A stretch of DNA of 64,000 nt, taken from the NCBI GenBank assembly GCA_036153155.1, contig JAYZMM010000132.1:136-64135 (forward strand). Direction: 5' to 3'. Of the stretch, positions 38,519 through 48,651 are shown piece by piece (within the stretch, counting starts at the first letter, position 1; each line of letters starts with the position of its first letter). The translations under genes were made by a program, and so were the position numbers. The notes below the pieces were generated by a model, which saw only the letters and a program-made list of their open reading frames with translations, was not told where the DNA came from and searched no databases. This stretch comes from Planctomycetota bacterium (GTDB taxonomy: Bacteria > Planctomycetota > Planctomycetia > Pirellulales > UBA7805).

Positions 38519-39616
38519 ATGAATTTGAACTCAGCAACTGACGGAAGCAGTTTGGTCGTGCGACCCGATAGTCCCGAATTCATAGTGCTGGCAGGGAGTC
38601 TTGCGGCCCAGGCCGGGTCGCTGGATAAGTCCGGCGATTGGCCGCGGCAACAACTGGAGCAGTGTGGTCAAGCAGGGATATTTCGCTGGTTTGTTGACTC
38701 CGAGAGGGGCGGGGCAGGATGCTCGGACGTCGATGTTTTGCAGGGATATTTGAGTTTAAGTGCAGCTTGCTTGACTACGACATTTATTTTGACCCAAACA
38801 ACCGGCGCCTTGCGAAGGATCGCCGCAAGCGAGTCAGCGATCGTTGATCGGGTGCTGGAGGACCTTCTTGCGGGACGTGCTCTGGCTTCCCTTGGAATTT
38901 CACATTTGACCACAAGCCATCGTCACATGAAAAAAAGGACCTTGGCGGCGGAGCCGCAAGGCGATGGATTCGTTCTAGACGGTTTTAGCCCTTGGGTTAC
39001 CGGAAGCCCCCATATCGATTGGATCGTCGTGGGAGCGGAAATCAACGATGGGCGACAAATTCTTGCCCTGCTGCCGATGGATCTGCCGGGTATCTCAATC
39101 GACACACCGTCTCGACTGATGGCCCTGAATGGCAGCCAGACCGGCGCTGTTCGTTTTGACGGCGTTGAGGTTGCAGCAGATGCGATTCTTACGGGCCCAA
39201 AGCATGAAGTTCTTGTCGGGGCCACGGGCGCTTCGACCGGTGGATTGCAGACTTCAGCGTTGGCAATTGGTCTGGCGGATGCAGCAATTGGCATCATTGA
39301 GCAGCAAAGCCTGGCCCGAGGAGACCTGAAAGAGCCTGCGGATCGTTTGCGTGCTGAGCAATATCAAACTCGAGAAGAACTTTTAGCTCTGGCGAAGGGC
39401 GATCAAGTTTGTTCTGCAGGCGAGCTTCGAGGGCGGGCTAACAGCCTTGCAATTAGGGGATCACAGGCAGCCTTGGCAGCGGTTAAAGGCGCTGGTTATG
39501 TTGAGGGGCATCCGGCAGGACGTCTATGCAGAGAATCGCTTTTCTTTTTGGTATGGAGTTGCCCGCAACCGGTAATGGCAGCCAATCTCTGTGAATTGGC
39601 TGGCCTGACAGAATAG
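38519..39616 (+). CDS. Acyl-CoA dehydrogenase-family protein
   Basis: Middle beta-domain pattern GDGFVLDGFSPWVTGSPHIDWIVVGA, then a C-terminal helical domain. Substrate unknown. Confidence 0.65.
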   Translation: MNLNSATDGSSLVVRPDSPEFIVLAGSLAAQAGSLDKSGDWPRQQLEQCGQAGIFRWFVDSERGGAGCSDVDVLQGYLSLSAACLTTTFILTQTTGALRRIAASESAIVDRVLEDLLAGRALASLGISHLTTSHRHMKKRTLAAEPQGDGFVLDGFSPWVTGSPHIDWIVVGAEINDGRQILALLPMDLPGISIDTPSRLMALNGSQTGAVRFDGVEVAADAILTGPKHEVLVGATGASTGGLQTSALAIGLADAAIGIIEQQSLARGDLKEPADRLRAEQYQTREELLALAKGDQVCSAGELRGRANSLAIRGSQAALAAVKGAGYVEGHPAGRLCRESLFFLVWSCPQPVMAANLCELAGLTE

Positions 39617-39663
39617 ATCGCTACGCAGCAATTTTTTTCAGCTGCATTAGGTCGGTTTGCCGC

Positions 39664-40026
39664 TTATGCATGCCCCACGTGATCAATGGCGTTGCGAATC
39701 AAAGCGACCACATGTTCGTCATCCAATCTGTAAAAAACATGTTTACCTTCTCGACGGTGGCTTACAATCCGCTCACTACGAAGTAGTTTCAATCTTTGCG
39801 AAATTGCTGGCAGGTTATCATTGAGGATGGAGGAAATCTCCGTGACACACATCTCTCGACCGATGAGGAGGCCCAGCAATCGTAAGCGGTTCGGGTCACC
39901 TAATGCACTGAACATGGCCGCTGCACGCTGACAATCCTCTTCACGCAAGAGCTCATTGTTCGGGATCCCGTGATCATCTGCTGCACAGGTGGGTTCGATG
40001 TGCTGATTTGAGTCCGCTGCGGTCAT
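39664..40026 (-). CDS. ArsR/SmtB-family metal-responsive repressor
   Basis: ALGDPNRLRLLGLLIGREMCVTEISSILNDNLPAISQRLKLLRSERIV....GKHVFYRL is the winged-HTH core of the family. Divergent from the ZIP transporter gene. Confidence 0.88.
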   Translation of the reverse strand: MTAADSNQHIEPTCAADDHGIPNNELLREEDCQRAAAMFSALGDPNRLRLLGLLIGREMCVTEISSILNDNLPAISQRLKLLRSERIVSHRREGKHVFYRLDDEHVVALIRNAIDHVGHA

Positions 40027-40202
40027 GACTCAGTATTTCACCAGAGGAAGATGGGTTGTAAGTATCAAAAAGGCTGCTCTACCCGATTTTAGCTTTCTCG
40101 TGCGGTTGGAGTTTACCGAGACTCCTTGACGAGCAAACTATTCTGGAAGCTAATTGTTGTTGAGAGAGCCCCTGCCGCATCATACCAGAACCGAGGTTTC
40201 CT

Positions 40203-41159
40203 GTGCAGCCATTCGTTGTGATCGCTATCTATTCGGTGTTTGTGGTGCTGAGTTCGTTATTAGGTGGATTTCTTCCCGCAATGATCCGCCTAACGCATCG
40301 CCGGATGCAGTTTTTGATCAGTGGAATCGGTGGACTGATGTTAGGGATTGGTTTCTTTCATCTCCTTCCACATAGCCTCCATACCTCCATCGGTATCGAT
40401 CGCGCTGTGTTCTGGCTGATGATGGGTTTAATCACAACTTTCTTGTTGATTCGGGTTTTTGGCTCTCATAGCCACGAGTCCGGGGCATCCGAGTGTGGCG
40501 GCGATGCGCATCATTCGCATGCTACCGAATCCCCGCATGACAACGGGTCGCATGATCAGCATCCAGTGAGTGCAGCAAGATATCATTGGTTGGGCTTGGC
40601 TTTTGGTCTTTCGCTCCATACGTTGCTCGACGGAGTTGCGTTGTCGGCTGCAGTGCTGGGTGACACATCGCATGCGGCGGGAACCATATTTTTAGGGTTT
40701 GCCGCATTCCTAGGAATTTTACTTCACAAACCGCTTGATTCACTCTCGATTACTGCATTGATGGCAGCAGGGGGGTGGTCTGTTTCCTGGCAAGCGGTGG
40801 TCAATGTGGTCTATTCGATGATGTGTCCCCTGGGAGCACTTGCTTTTTATCTGGGGGTCCGTGACACACAGCACGAGTCTGTTGCGATCGGCTGTGGCTT
40901 GGCTTTTGCGGCGGGAATTTTTATCTGCATTTCCCTGAGTGATTTACTGCCGGAATTACAGTTTCATTCGCACGATCGGTTGCCATTGACCGCGCTTCTT
41001 TTGTTTGGCGTTTCACTTGCGTATGGTCTCAAATACTTAGAACCCCCCCATATGCATGATCCGCCAGCCGAGTCGGGATTGCATGACCATTCCGACGACC
41101 ATTCTCACAATGGACATGATCATGAACACCACGATCACCCTCATGATGGTCACAAGTAA
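40203..41159 (+). CDS. ZIP-family divalent metal (Zn) transporter with His-rich loop and tail
   Basis: Eight hydrophobic helices. His-rich loop (SHSHESGASECGGDAHHSHATESPHDNGSHDQH), HKPLDSLSI helix and His-rich C-terminus (HDHSDDHSHNGHDHEHHDHPHDGHK). GTG start. Confidence 0.82.
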   Translation: MQPFVVIAIYSVFVVLSSLLGGFLPAMIRLTHRRMQFLISGIGGLMLGIGFFHLLPHSLHTSIGIDRAVFWLMMGLITTFLLIRVFGSHSHESGASECGGDAHHSHATESPHDNGSHDQHPVSAARYHWLGLAFGLSLHTLLDGVALSAAVLGDTSHAAGTIFLGFAAFLGILLHKPLDSLSITALMAAGGWSVSWQAVVNVVYSMMCPLGALAFYLGVRDTQHESVAIGCGLAFAAGIFICISLSDLLPELQFHSHDRLPLTALLLFGVSLAYGLKYLEPPHMHDPPAESGLHDHSDDHSHNGHDHEHHDHPHDGHK

Positions 41160-41381
41160 TGACCGTTTTCGAACGGAACTGATCGCGGGTCGAATTGCTG
41201 TGCACAAACATCGATATCTTTCGCTATGTATGCGATGTAAGGCGACATGCACCAGGATTGCTGGCACGGTGATAGGGGTGTATCATCCGGATCAAGCGGG
41301 GCTAAGTGCAGGGCAACTTGAGTTTTAAGATTGGCATGAAGGTTGTCATAAACCGAAGAGACGATTGAAGGGGCGCGAGGA

Positions 41382-42047
41382 ATGACTGATGAAAGCGGAG
41401 GGGTTCACTGGCACGCACAGAGCGTCTCGCGTAAGGACCGAGAGACTCACAATGGACATTCTGGATGCGTGGTCTGGTTTACTGGACTTTCTGGCTCGGG
41501 TAAGAGCACGATTGCAAATCTGGTTGATCATAAGTTGCATCAAGCGGGGATTCACACATTTTTGCTGGATGGCGACAACGTACGACATGGGCTTAATGCG
41601 ACACCATCCCAGCTGGCAAAGCAATATGGTGAGCAATTCGGTAAGCGATTCGGCCTTGGTTTTTCTGAGGAGGATCGGCAGGAAAATATCCGTCGCATCG
41701 GTGAGGTTGCCGGTTTGTTTGTCGAAGCCGGACTGATTGTGCTTACGGCCTTTGTAAGCCCTTATCAAAAAGATCGCGATGCCGTCCGATCCAAGCTGGT
41801 TGAAGGCGACTTTATCGAGGTTTTTGTGGATACACCCCTCGAGATTTGCGAACAGCGCGATCCGAAGGGGCTCTACAGGAAGGCGAGGGCAGGAGAGATT
41901 CAAGGAATGACCGGAATCGACGATCCCTACCAGGCGCCGATGCACCCTGAGTTGGTGCTGGATTCGGGCAACATCCCTGCAGACTCTTGCGCCGACGGCG
42001 TCTTGAAGTATCTTCGGGATATGCGAAAGATTGCGCCCTCGTCTTGA
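41382..42047 (+). CDS. cysC: Adenylyl-sulfate (APS) kinase
   Basis: P-loop [51 protein letters not shown]. Confidence 0.92.
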   Translation: MTDESGGVHWHAQSVSRKDRETHNGHSGCVVWFTGLSGSGKSTIANLVDHKLHQAGIHTFLLDGDNVRHGLNATPSQLAKQYGEQFGKRFGLGFSEEDRQENIRRIGEVAGLFVEAGLIVLTAFVSPYQKDRDAVRSKLVEGDFIEVFVDTPLEICEQRDPKGLYRKARAGEIQGMTGIDDPYQAPMHPELVLDSGNIPADSCADGVLKYLRDMRKIAPSS

Positions 42048-42249
42048 GTCGCTGCTAGCATCGCTGAGGTGAACAGATTGTAAAATGCCAGGGCTCAAAC
42101 ACTGTGTTGCTCCGCACAGTCTAAAATTCTAACTGAAACTTCACACAGTCCGCCGTTGACGAAAAAAGGTAGCCATCCTAAACTTGAAAACATAAGCTTG
42201 GACGCTTGGGGCACGATTCTAAGACGGTCAAAAAAGGAAGTGTGGACCG

Positions 42250-42513
42250 ATGAAAAGTACGGATACAATCGATCTGAGTTCGTTGAATACCTCAAATGAG
42301 GCTTCTGGAACACGGGAACTCACTGCACAAATTCGTCGGGATGTAAGGCGACATACTGGCGGAAGGGTGCATAATCTCACGGTCGTGATGACCGGTACGC
42401 ATGTCGTGCTCGAGGGATTCTGCTCTAACTTTCATTCGTATCAACTGGCTCAGCACGCTGCGATGCGAGCGGCGGAAGATTTTTCGGTCGATAACCGCAT
42501 TGAGGTACTTTGA
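42250..42513 (+). CDS. Small BON-domain-like protein
   Basis: VHNLTVVMTGTHVVLEGFCSNFHSYQLAQHAAMRAAEDFSVDNRIEV fits the BON pattern. AAGGAAG lies ~10 nt upstream of the ATG. Confidence 0.5.
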   Translation: MKSTDTIDLSSLNTSNEASGTRELTAQIRRDVRRHTGGRVHNLTVVMTGTHVVLEGFCSNFHSYQLAQHAAMRAAEDFSVDNRIEVL

Positions 42514-42569
42514 ACCTTGGAGCGGCTTGAGTTTCCTGCGGATCATCGAGTCCCAAGATAGACCGTCTG

Positions 42570-43664
42570 CTACGCGGAAATCCCCAGCGGGGTTTTTTGT
42601 CGCATAACCGCTGCTGCAGGTGAGTGTAGAAGTTGGGTCACCGCCGCATATACTCGTTTGACCGTCAGTTCTCGCATGCACTGATGGTGTTCGAGGGGAC
42701 ATGTTTTCTGCATACATGGACCACACGGCACTTCATGTTGAAGTGAGATCATTCGATCGTAATCAGTATCCCCCCAGGCGGTGTGCGTAGGGCCAAAAAG
42801 TGTTACCAAAGGTATCCCGAACGCGGCAGCAAAATGCCGCGGTCCGCTATCGCTGCTCACCATCAATCGACTTCTTCGGATACAAGCTTTTGAAAGCCCG
42901 ATACTTAATGACTGGTCTGCAAGGCTTTTGACTCGTGGATGCGATGCGGCCAGAACTGTTTTTGCTGCCATCGCGCGCTCTTGTGGACCGCAAAGAAACA
43001 GAACGGTCAATCCATGATCACGCGCGAGTTTTACGGCAAGCTCTGCCGCATAATTTACCGGCCAGGACTTGGATGCCGCTCGACCACCCCACCCGCCAGC
43101 GTTGTGGAAGACGATCGTTTCAGACCCGCTGGGCAAATGAAGTCGCCTCCATACGACATCCGCAGCGCGTTCATCTGCAGTGCTGGTCTCGAGTTGGAGC
43201 GGCCATTGCTTATTTTGAGGACACCCCAGAAAACGCGTCAATTTTAGATAACCGTGCATTGTGGAAGCCGGCACGAAACGACCGCCCTGTTTGTCGAATT
43301 TCAGTTTATCCGTGAGTAGCGGTCCACGGCCATACTGTGCATAACCGATACGTTGTTTTGCACCGCTGAGCCAAGCCAAAATGCCAGTTCGCAATGAATT
43401 TGTTAGAAGCAGAATCGAATCCGGTTTTTCCATTCGCAAGCGTCGAATAAGATTGCGACCACTCAGCTGTAAATCGGAAGACCGCGGATCATAAAATAAC
43501 TTTTTATCAAACCAGTCGCTTCCACTCAGCACATCGGCAACATAGGGCCGCATTACACCGAGTAAATTCAGCTGCGAGCCGAAGTGTGAGCGAATGGCCT
43601 GGAGGGTCGGCGTGGCCATCGTGACATCGCCGACCCAATTTGGGAGAAAAACGGCAAGTTTCAT
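42570..43664 (-). CDS. Glycosyltransferase family 9 (LPS heptosyltransferase, RfaF/WaaC-like)
   Basis: MKLAVFLPNWVGDVTMATPTLQAI at the N-terminus. SDSGPRHFAAAFGIPLVTLFGPT and CGPCMQKTCPLEHHQCM near the C-terminus. Confidence 0.85.
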   Translation of the reverse strand: MKLAVFLPNWVGDVTMATPTLQAIRSHFGSQLNLLGVMRPYVADVLSGSDWFDKKLFYDPRSSDLQLSGRNLIRRLRMEKPDSILLLTNSLRTGILAWLSGAKQRIGYAQYGRGPLLTDKLKFDKQGGRFVPASTMHGYLKLTRFLGCPQNKQWPLQLETSTADERAADVVWRRLHLPSGSETIVFHNAGGWGGRAASKSWPVNYAAELAVKLARDHGLTVLFLCGPQERAMAAKTVLAASHPRVKSLADQSLSIGLSKACIRRSRLMVSSDSGPRHFAAAFGIPLVTLFGPTHTAWGDTDYDRMISLQHEVPCGPCMQKTCPLEHHQCMRELTVKRVYAAVTQLLHSPAAAVMRQKTPLGISA

Positions 43665-43810
43665 AACGAGCGAGCGTAGCTTGCCATGAGAGATGGCTGC
43701 AAGTTCAATGTGTGCTAGCATTTTTGCTCTTGGGGCGATGCGTGAAGAGCGATATCTTTATTTCACCACTCGTTTCTGCGCGTAAAGGGCCGCTGTTGGG
43801 CGACTATAGG

Positions 43811-44932
43811 ATGAACATATCGCCTCTCACTGTACTGCACATTTCCACCGAATTCGGTTGGCAGGGGGGTGAGCAGCAGGCTTTTTATTTGGCGGAGGGT
43901 TTGCGGCAGCGAGGGCACCGGTCGGTGGTTGTGGCCCGCAGGAATGGTGCATTTGCCCGCAGGATGCAGGCTAATCATTTTCCGGTGCATACCTTCCGAC
44001 GTCGTGGCCGTGGCCCAGATTCACTCTGGTTACTTCGACGTCTCGTAGCCAAGTTGCGCCCCGACGTATTGCACGCGCATGATGGACATGGTCTTACTGC
44101 AGTTGGGCTGGCAACACTCGGCCTCGACAGAAGACCACTCCGTGTCGCTTCGCGTCGTGTGGTGTTCCCGATTCGCTCACCAGCCAAATTCTGCCACTTT
44201 GCCGATGGAGTCATTGGAATATCGACGGCAGTTATGGAAGTTTGCAGAAGAGCCGGTATCCCTGAGAGCAGACTGCAGATGGTTCATAGTGGGATTGATC
44301 GAGATAGGATGCGAGGCGGAAGTCGCGATCGAGGCCGTCAAATTTTAGGTTTACATGATAACGAAAAATTGCTTTTAACCGTCGCTTCATTAACGGCGTG
44401 CAAAGGGCACGCCCATTTACTGGCTGGGATGCCTCAAATATTGGAAAGATTCCCGGAAGCGCATCTCGCTCTGGTGGGGCAGGGTGAATTAAAAACATCT
44501 CTTTGCAATCAGGTGACCGATCTAGGAATTGCGAATCGTGTTCATTTCCTTGGCTATCGGACCGACATCTCCGACCTGCTATGTGCTGCAGATCTGTTTG
44601 TCATGCCCTCCATTGAAGAAGGTCTGTGCACTTCGTTGCTTGATGCCATGGGTCAGAGTATCCCAGTGGTGACTACATCTGCTGGGGGGATTAAAGATGC
44701 AGTAGGTTACGATTGCGAGGATGGTCCATACGCATATGTGGTTCCACCGAAGAACAGTCAACTGCTTTGCGACGGAATCATCGATGCGCTCTCACAACCT
44801 GCAAAGGCAAAGTACCTTGCATTGCAGGCAAGTAAGCATTTGGCCTCAAACTTCACGCATTGCCAAATGGTCGAGGGAACTATTTCTGCCTATAGAACGT
44901 GGCTCACAACGCCTGCCAAACGCTGTGCATGA
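43811..44932 (+). CDS. Glycosyltransferase family 1 (GT4-type, GT-B fold)
   Basis: VLHISTEFGWQGGEQQAFYLAEGLRQRGH at the N-terminus. E-x7-E region PSIEEGLCTSLLDAMGQSIPVVTT. Confidence 0.85.
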   Translation: MNISPLTVLHISTEFGWQGGEQQAFYLAEGLRQRGHRSVVVARRNGAFARRMQANHFPVHTFRRRGRGPDSLWLLRRLVAKLRPDVLHAHDGHGLTAVGLATLGLDRRPLRVASRRVVFPIRSPAKFCHFADGVIGISTAVMEVCRRAGIPESRLQMVHSGIDRDRMRGGSRDRGRQILGLHDNEKLLLTVASLTACKGHAHLLAGMPQILERFPEAHLALVGQGELKTSLCNQVTDLGIANRVHFLGYRTDISDLLCAADLFVMPSIEEGLCTSLLDAMGQSIPVVTTSAGGIKDAVGYDCEDGPYAYVVPPKNSQLLCDGIIDALSQPAKAKYLALQASKHLASNFTHCQMVEGTISAYRTWLTTPAKRCA

Positions 44933-44944
44933 AATGCCGATCGT

Positions 44945-46651
44945 TTATGCCGAATGTCGGAATTTCTGCCCGTCCGTAACTTGACCTGCAAGGTTCTGTT
45001 CGATTTGGCGACATGTAAAAATCGAAATTCTGCCGGTCAACAGGCCTTTGTTTAAAAAAAGTTGCAGTAACTTTCGATTCCGTTCGCGTGCGGCCAAATC
45101 TTTTTCGCTGAGAATCAATTGTCGATATGTCCGCCACCAAATAAGTGGGTAAGCGACTGGGAGCAGTGCTGATGAAAGTTTCCGGTGCCGATTAAATGCG
45201 GTCGACTCAATTTCAAACCCACATCGCCGAAGACCGAGTTCAATATTGGCCAGAGGTGCGGGGTGGATGTGTTGCATATAGATTTGCTCCGGATCATTCT
45301 CGCTGTAGTCGATCGGTCGAGGCGCACAATCATCAAATCCGCTGAGTAAGACGTTGAGTCTCGACTCAATGGAATGACAATTGGGCGTGCTCATCACAAT
45401 GCGACCCGTCGGTTTACAGATACGGCAACACTCGCTGATAAAGTGATAATGATTTTCGACGTGTTCAAGGACCTCAATCGAAACGACCAGATCAAATGTA
45501 TTATCCTTAAATGGCCAGCGGCCATTAAAATTGGTCTGCGTGAACGGGATATCTCTCAGACAAAATTCTTTTTCGTTGACGTCGGTGGCGTGTACCGAGA
45601 AACCATTTTGACGCGCCCATTTTGAGAAAGCACCTTCACCCGCTCCCACATCAAGCAGGGAGCCACGTGGCAATTGATCGACCACTGCTTGCACTTTTTG
45701 ATGGATACCGGGCATGGTCAATGGGCGGGGCTGCTTTTCCGATTCGTCGTGGCCGAATTGCGAGGTGCTCTCGTTCATGGTCGGATTGTCTGTTGGGGAC
45801 GCGGGCGAGCAAGTTGCTTCATTCATTGCGGTAGCAAAACGTTCTCTTGACGTTTTTGCTGCCGGTTGAAGAGCTGAGTGGTGCTGGTGACGCCGCGACC
45901 AAAGCAACGCGTATTTGATGAATGCGCCCTGCGCAGCAAGACAGGAAAGCAAAAGGCCGACCGATCCATCTCGGAATCCTTGTTTCCAGATGTAATGTCG
46001 AAAAAAACGAAACATTGGTCGCACAATCAATGCAATCGCTCGCGAATCTTTTCCTGCCGCTTGCAGATCGTCGGCACCCGAGGATCCATAACGAATACTT
46101 TTGGCGAATATTTTTTCCAGTGAATCGCCTGCATTATGTTGGATTGATGCTTTCATAGTTGCTGTTTTTTCGCTCGCAACCATTAGATGTTCGTGGATTC
46201 GTCGCTGATCGTAGCGGCATCTGTCGCGATGAAAAAGTCGAAAAGGTGCATCGTGTTGCCAGCCGCTAAAGTGAACCATCTTGCCGAGAAAAATATTTTT
46301 GCGAGGAATCTGATAAGCATCAAAGATAGGTTCGGTGCTTAGGGTTTGCTTGATTTCCTCTCGTAGTTTTTCTGTGAGTCGCTCATCTGCATCGATCGCA
46401 AGGATCCACGGGTGAGATGCCTGTGGAATCGCCCAGTTTTTAAAGCTGGATGGATTGATGTACTCACGCTGAATGATGCGGAGAGAAGGCTCCGCAAGAG
46501 CGGCATGCTGGATATATTCGAGTGTTCCATCAGTGGAACCTGAGTCGGCAACCAGAATTTCATCGGCTACGTTCCCCAGTGATGCGATGCACGAAGCAAT
46601 CTGGCTTACCTCGTCTTTACAGGGAATTAGCACGGTGAGTTTTTGACGCAT
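44945..46651 (-). CDS. Fusion protein: WaaE/KdtX-like GT2 glycosyltransferase (N) plus class I SAM-dependent methyltransferase (C)
   Basis: N-terminal part: LTVLIPCKDEVSQIASCIASLGNVADEILVADSGSTDGT, ILAIDADER. A low-complexity linker follows. C-terminal part: LLDVGAGEGAFSKWARQNGFSVHATDVN and DLVVSIEVLEHV. Confidence 0.85.
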   Translation of the reverse strand: MRQKLTVLIPCKDEVSQIASCIASLGNVADEILVADSGSTDGTLEYIQHAALAEPSLRIIQREYINPSSFKNWAIPQASHPWILAIDADERLTEKLREEIKQTLSTEPIFDAYQIPRKNIFLGKMVHFSGWQHDAPFRLFHRDRCRYDQRRIHEHLMVASEKTATMKASIQHNAGDSLEKIFAKSIRYGSSGADDLQAAGKDSRAIALIVRPMFRFFRHYIWKQGFRDGSVGLLLSCLAAQGAFIKYALLWSRRHQHHSALQPAAKTSRERFATAMNEATCSPASPTDNPTMNESTSQFGHDESEKQPRPLTMPGIHQKVQAVVDQLPRGSLLDVGAGEGAFSKWARQNGFSVHATDVNEKEFCLRDIPFTQTNFNGRWPFKDNTFDLVVSIEVLEHVENHYHFISECCRICKPTGRIVMSTPNCHSIESRLNVLLSGFDDCAPRPIDYSENDPEQIYMQHIHPAPLANIELGLRRCGFEIESTAFNRHRKLSSALLPVAYPLIWWRTYRQLILSEKDLAARERNRKLLQLFLNKGLLTGRISIFTCRQIEQNLAGQVTDGQKFRHSA

Positions 46652-46909
46652 CAGAAGAAAGCAAGTGCGGGGGAAGTAGCGATAACCTTTTCTGTGATTT
46701 CGTAAAAATGATGGGGGTAATATAGTCCACGGAGATATCGCTCCAAATGCGAATTATCCTACTTTTTCACCCAAACCAGCGCTGACACAGGAATGTCTAT
46801 TGTGAATCCTCGCTGTTCTTACCTATAAAAAAGCACCGAAGGTCTTGCGATTGCTTGTGCCGACTCGGATGGATTTTCAGAACATTTCTCATATGCAGCG
46901 TACCTCGCC

Positions 46910-48139
46910 ATGGATGGTGCACACGATTACCACAATTTTCAATCGAAATTGCGCCAACGTCCGGTTTGGGACCAAGTTCGCAGATATGTTCAATCTCAGC
47001 AGATCGATAGCGTCGCAGAATCAACGAGGCGAAATCAGTCTCCAACTCCAGGCATCGTGCCTCTTTCCATCAATCTCGATCTTACCACAGCGTGCAATTA
47101 TCGCTGTGATCATTGCATTGATTGGGATATTCTCAATTCAGGTGTTAAGTATGACGAAGAGCAACTTCGTGCTTCGCTGAAAGAGTTGGCAGATAAGGGA
47201 ATGAAATCGGTCATTCTTATTGGCGGTGGAGAGCCAACGGTCTATCCTCGTTTTGTTGAAATGGTGGAGTACTTAAAGCGGCTTAATCAGCAGGTCGCTA
47301 TCGTCAGCAATGGAAGTCGGGGTGACAGACTGCTTGCGGCGTGCGAATTTCTTAAGCGTCCGGATTGGATTCGCCTTTCTCTTGATGCAGGAACCGATTC
47401 CACGTTTCAGGCGATGCACAAGCCACGAAAACCCATCTCGTTGGATGAAATTTGTGATTGGGTTCCAAAAATGAAGGCAGCCAATCCAGAGGTTCAGATC
47501 GGATATTCCTTCATTGTGACCTGGCGCGGGGCGGCGAGGGATCAGGTCGCGGTGATTGAAAATATTGATGAATTGGTGATTGCTGCAGATCGAGCACGCG
47601 ATTTTGAGTTCGATTATTTTTCAGTGAAGCCGTTTCTTGTACGACAGGAAGAAAACAATGCAGAGGTGATGAATCCCAGCACTGCAAAAGATGCACTCGA
47701 TAAAGTGATTGCCAAAATACGTGCGGCGGTCAACGATGCGAAAAAGTTGGAAACGGATCGTTTTAAGATTGTCGAAAGCACCAACTTGCGGTTACTGGAG
47801 GAGAAGTCATGGAAAGATTTCACAAGACAACCCAAGCGGTGCCATATGCAAGCCCTTCGTCAGGTTTTGACTCCCCTCGGGTTGTTTAACTGTCCGGGGT
47901 ATCGAGGCGTCGCCGCGGCTCGAATCGCAGGACCAGCAGCCTATTGCGATCAAGAGGCGATAGAAGCAACCACTCAAAAGACGGTCGAAACGCTCGGCAA
48001 ATTTGATGCCTCAAAAGAATGCGCTAACGTGACCTGTCTTTACAACGGAACAAACTGGTGGTTGCAGGCACTGATCGACCAGCCCGAAAAGTTGGATCAG
48101 GTTCAGGTGACCGATGAAATCACCGATTTCTTTCTCTAG
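46910..48139 (+). CDS. Radical SAM enzyme (MoaA/NifB/PqqE-like core, Cys-rich C-terminal domain)
   Basis: CNYRCDHC (CxxxCxxC) in LDLTTACNYRCDHCIDW. GGGEPT glycine motif. The C-terminal segment has five further Cys (CHM, NCPGY, YCDQ, ECANVTC). Confidence 0.85.
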   Translation: MDGAHDYHNFQSKLRQRPVWDQVRRYVQSQQIDSVAESTRRNQSPTPGIVPLSINLDLTTACNYRCDHCIDWDILNSGVKYDEEQLRASLKELADKGMKSVILIGGGEPTVYPRFVEMVEYLKRLNQQVAIVSNGSRGDRLLAACEFLKRPDWIRLSLDAGTDSTFQAMHKPRKPISLDEICDWVPKMKAANPEVQIGYSFIVTWRGAARDQVAVIENIDELVIAADRARDFEFDYFSVKPFLVRQEENNAEVMNPSTAKDALDKVIAKIRAAVNDAKKLETDRFKIVESTNLRLLEEKSWKDFTRQPKRCHMQALRQVLTPLGLFNCPGYRGVAAARIAGPAAYCDQEAIEATTQKTVETLGKFDASKECANVTCLYNGTNWWLQALIDQPEKLDQVQVTDEITDFFL

Positions 48140-48147
48140 TCCAACGC

Positions 48148-48651
48148 TTAGACAAAATGTTTAATTGTCCATTGGACTACAAGTGCCGTCACAATACCCC
48201 AGGCAGTCAGGTTGATGCATAACATGTGGTGTCTTGCATCCCGTCTGCCATCACGTAACCGCCATAATTGAATTCCGCGAAAAGGAATCTGATAGATTAC
48301 GAGGCTAAAAATGAGAAATCCTGCCGGATTGTAACGCCATGCATTACTCCAATGACCATGGCCGATTTCAACAAAACAGCGAGTCAAGCCACAGCCGGGA
48401 CATTCAATACCGCTTAAATTTTTCCAGCTGCATATTCCGGGAAGCGTTCCCCAAAAAGGGATTTCGATTTCTTCCGAATTTTTCAGCTGCAGCCAACCCG
48501 ATAGAACGATGGTAAGCAGTGCTGCGATCAGTATGATACCGTGATATCGCATTCGCGTTGAGCGTTGGGTCACATCCTGTTTGAGTTCATCATCGATCGC
48601 GCCTTTCGAGGACGATTCGGCTATACCAGAAATACGAGAATCAAAAGTCAT
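48148..48651 (-). CDS. DUF2752-family membrane protein
   Basis: CPGCGLTRCFVEIGHGHWSNAWRYNPAGFLIF matches the DUF2752 CPxCGxTR...NP pattern. 3-4 TM helices. The ATG overlaps the upstream stop (ATGA). Confidence 0.75.
   Translation of the reverse strand: MTFDSRISGIAESSSKGAIDDELKQDVTQRSTRMRYHGIILIAALLTIVLSGWLQLKNSEEIEIPFWGTLPGICSWKNLSGIECPGCGLTRCFVEIGHGHWSNAWRYNPAGFLIFSLVIYQIPFRGIQLWRLRDGRRDARHHMLCINLTAWGIVTALVVQWTIKHFV

Noticed and set aside
41346-42098. 250-codon minus-strand ORF covering all of cysC
   Set aside because: The product is Arg/Ser/Leu-rich with no motif, while the plus-strand frame carries every APS-kinase signature. I treat it as a shadow ORF of a codon-biased gene.
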